The position numbers were made by a program, and so were the translations under genes. From contig OZ316893.1 of the NCBI GenBank assembly GCA_973895155.1, positions 24,665,520-24,729,519 on the forward strand: DNA of 64,000 bases. Reading direction: 5' to 3'. This DNA comes from Marsupella aquatica. Lineage: Eukaryota > Plantae > Marchantiophyta. The notes below the pieces were generated by a model that worked only from the letters and a program-made list of their open reading frames with translations, made no database searches and had not been told where the DNA came from. Positions 61,298-64,000 of this stretch are shown in pieces (positions within the stretch are counted from its first letter, which is position 1; every line of letters starts with the position of its first letter).

Positions 61298-64000
61298 ACT
61301 AACTCCCTTCACAAGGTACCTCATCATTTGCCAAAAGTGGTGCCTAGCGACAAGACTTCAGTTTCCACCACCATTGCCATTGTTGACAACAGGAATTCAG
61401 CGGTTAAGTTGGAGGGTCACACTCCTCAGGTGGTCATGTTGGACACAAGCGCTCAACCAGTGATATTGGGCATTTAGTTTGCCAAGAAGATGGGACTGCT
61501 GACTGATCATTTACAACAATCCAGGTGGCACATTTGGACTATTAGTGGCACTGTGGAGGATGTGCTGGGTGAGAGTTCTACTTTACTCACTCTCACTTTT
61601 AATGGAGGTACAGATCAGAAATTGCATTTCCCAGTCAGATATTTGGTTACCAATGCCACTACGTATGATGTGCTCATTGGCCAGGAGGCTTTGTTCCCAC
61701 CAGGTTTTACCATTGACAATTGGCATGAGCATGCATACTACAGAGTTGATTGGCATACGGATGGCTCACACTTGGGCTACATTCCACTTGATTTGCATGG
61801 TGCCCATACACCTATGGCTCACCACTGTGTGTTGCAAGCAGTGCACACAGCTACCTATGTCAACCACCCATTGCAGGATTGGATTGAGGAGGATGATGAT
61901 GAGTTGGCTACTGCACATGCTGTTGCACGTATAGCAGCACTTTCCAGCAACGTGGATCATCAACCAGAGGTGGTACAACGGCTCCAAGCAGCCCATGGAC
62001 CTTTGGTGGCTGCATTGCGCAAATTTGAGGATCTTGGGCAGCACAATGGCCAACCAATAGCCCCAATCTTGAGCGCAGCAATTCCATGGACTCCTGCTCC
62101 GGATGGCCTTACATTGCTTGAGCTTTTTGGTGGCATTTCTACAGGCCTGGAAGCTCTCCTACAGTCTGGCATGGTGGTGAAGCAGTACATCTATGTGCAT
62201 ATTGATCCAGGTGCAAAGCAAGTGGCTGAATCCCGTCTGCTGGAATTTTCAGAGCAATTTCCTTAGCAGTTTCCACACAATGCATGGAAGTCTGCATTTT
62301 CTTTCTTTCCTCCAGATATCCAGCTTGTCCAGCACCGGCACTTAACCCTTTTTGGCTCCCTTGATTTGATCATAGCTGGTTGGGAATGCCAAGGGTTTTC
62401 AGTTGTTGGTCACGGTGCTGGACTGCATGATTCTCGTTCTGGCCTTTTCACAGCATTGGTTCAGATTCTCACCTGGGCTCAATCCCTTTATCCTGCTGTT
62501 GATTATATCATTGAGAATACTCCATCTCAGTTTGACCAGCGCCCATAGGTCAAAGAGGATTTCAGTGTGGTCCAGCACTACTTGGGACCACCCCTTCTCA
62601 TTGATGCAGTGCACTGTGGTTCTTATGCACATCGTCTTCGTAACTTTTGGACTAACCTTGCACCACCTTCCTTGTTGGAGTTAGCTCTTCATCACACATC
62701 CAGGGACACTAACCTCATAGTGGACCAGATTTTGGATCCTGACAGTTCTTGCCAACCGGTTACACGGCAAGAGCCAGCACCTTGGTATCCAGCTAATACC
62801 ATTGGACAACCCCGTGCTGCTTGGCCTACATTTGTGTCCTTTCCAGGTGTACATGCTTTTCAGGGTGATGGTCCTGGCCTGGTTTATCGACATTCTACCG
62901 GTACATGGGATGAACCTAGTCCTGAGGAGAGAGAACGGGCTATGGGCTTCCAACCCGGTACTACAGGTCACACCAAAATCACCAGGCTAGCCAGGAATGC
63001 TTTACTTGGCAGGGTAATGGATCTTAATGCTCTCACTTGGCTTCTGGTCACTTGCATCCTTTTTCAGATGTACATTCATCCAGCATCAAGAGTTCCAGCC
63101 CTACCACTCCATGGTGCTGCTACATGGCATCCAGACCAGGTGCACTTACCTCTGTCCAACACTCACCACTTCAGTCCAAGTGTTGGGGGGGAGGAGGTCC
63201 CTTGTAATGTGGTTGACATTATTTCTGAGTTTCATGGTGTGGATCAGACCAGAGCAACAGATACAGCAGGCCTTGGAGAGGCCTCATCACCTTATCAGCA
63301 GCATGCTAGCAGCTTGGACAGTGGAGAGTCTGGCACTTCTGGCTCTTCAAGCACGAGTACATCAGGTCCTATTCCTAGTGTTGCCAACTACACATTCATC
63401 ATGGGCAACCACTTGAGTAAAAGACAGAAGGACCAGCTGCTGAATTTGCTCCTCAAGCATGAGAATGTGTTTGCTTTCTCTATGAAGGACTTGGGTAAGT
63501 GCAAGACTATGCAGTTCTCCATTGAGTTGGCTGATGAAACACCTATCTTCAGGCGGAGACACCGTTTGAGTAAGCATGAGTGGCAGCTGGTGGATAAGAG
63601 ATGCCAAGAGCTCTATGAAGCTGGTCTTATTCAGCCCTCTACATCAGATTTTGCAGCAGCTATAGTGATGCCAACAAAGAAGGATTCCAGTGGATTGTGG
63701 ACAGAGAAGCGCATGTGTGGGGACTACAGGCCATTGAACCTGGTCACACCCCAGGACAGGTACCCCATGCCACGGCCAGAGGAGCTATTTGACAGCATTG
63801 GAGACTCAAACATCTTCACTCTTGTGGATCTAAGGCAAGGCTTTAACCAGATGTTGCTGCTTGCAAAGGACCGCAAGAAAATAGCTTTCCATGGTAGTAA
63901 CCAACTATGGGAGTGGTTGGTGATGCCATTTGGCTTGAAGAATGCGCCCATATTCTTTCAAAGAGTCATGGACCAGGTTCTTCAAGGTGCTGAGTTCTGA
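61298..64000 (+). pseudogene. pol of the DNMT-Gypsy: aspartic protease, C5-cytosine methyltransferase, reverse transcriptase (runs off the window)
   Basis: One frame with three TAG stops. PR MLDTSA...YDVLIGQ. DNMT ELFGGISTG (I), AGWECQGFS (IV), IIENT (VI), AHRLRNFWTN (VIII), ERERAMGF/LLGRVMD (IX-X) at ~62105-63030. RT RMCGDYRPLN...VDLRQGFNQ...VMPFGLKNAP. Confidence 0.9.

Overview
Eukaryotic land-plant DNA (TTTAGGG telomere-type repeats, GT-AG introns, a plant RPL18a remnant; an early-diverging lineage such as a bryophyte is my guess, not shown). Almost the whole window is a nest of decayed transposable elements and I see no intact host gene. Order: RPL18a pseudo-exon (1.1-1.4 kb). Large DNA element A (~5.8-21.2 kb) carries a ParB/Srx-like + N6A/N4C DNA-methyltransferase + Ulp1 protease gene and a Sola/CMC-like transposase, and is interrupted by an unclassified 5.5-kb insert that holds a truncated Gypsy capped by (TTTAGGG)3. 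Next come a ~575-bp satellite and a CACTA element with a SET-domain exon inside its transposase gene. That CACTA is interrupted by a Gypsy whose pol carries a C5-cytosine methyltransferase. The Gypsy is split by element B (32980-61295, 24-bp TIRs, AT TSD), a relative of A with transposase, ParB-MTase and an FCP1-like phosphatase. B contains a non-autonomous CACTA (34185-47841), itself holding a full-length Gypsy (37465-45924), and a solo LTR (59310-60643). Best candidates for undescribed biology: (i) the A/B family of large TIR transposons with ParB-MTase fusions, different C-terminal enzyme domains and their own palindrome arrays; (ii) two small proteins encoded inside LTRs and conserved between divergent LTR families; (iii) a DNMT-bearing Gypsy and a SET-bearing CACTA. 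All domain calls come from motif recognition by eye; no searches were run.
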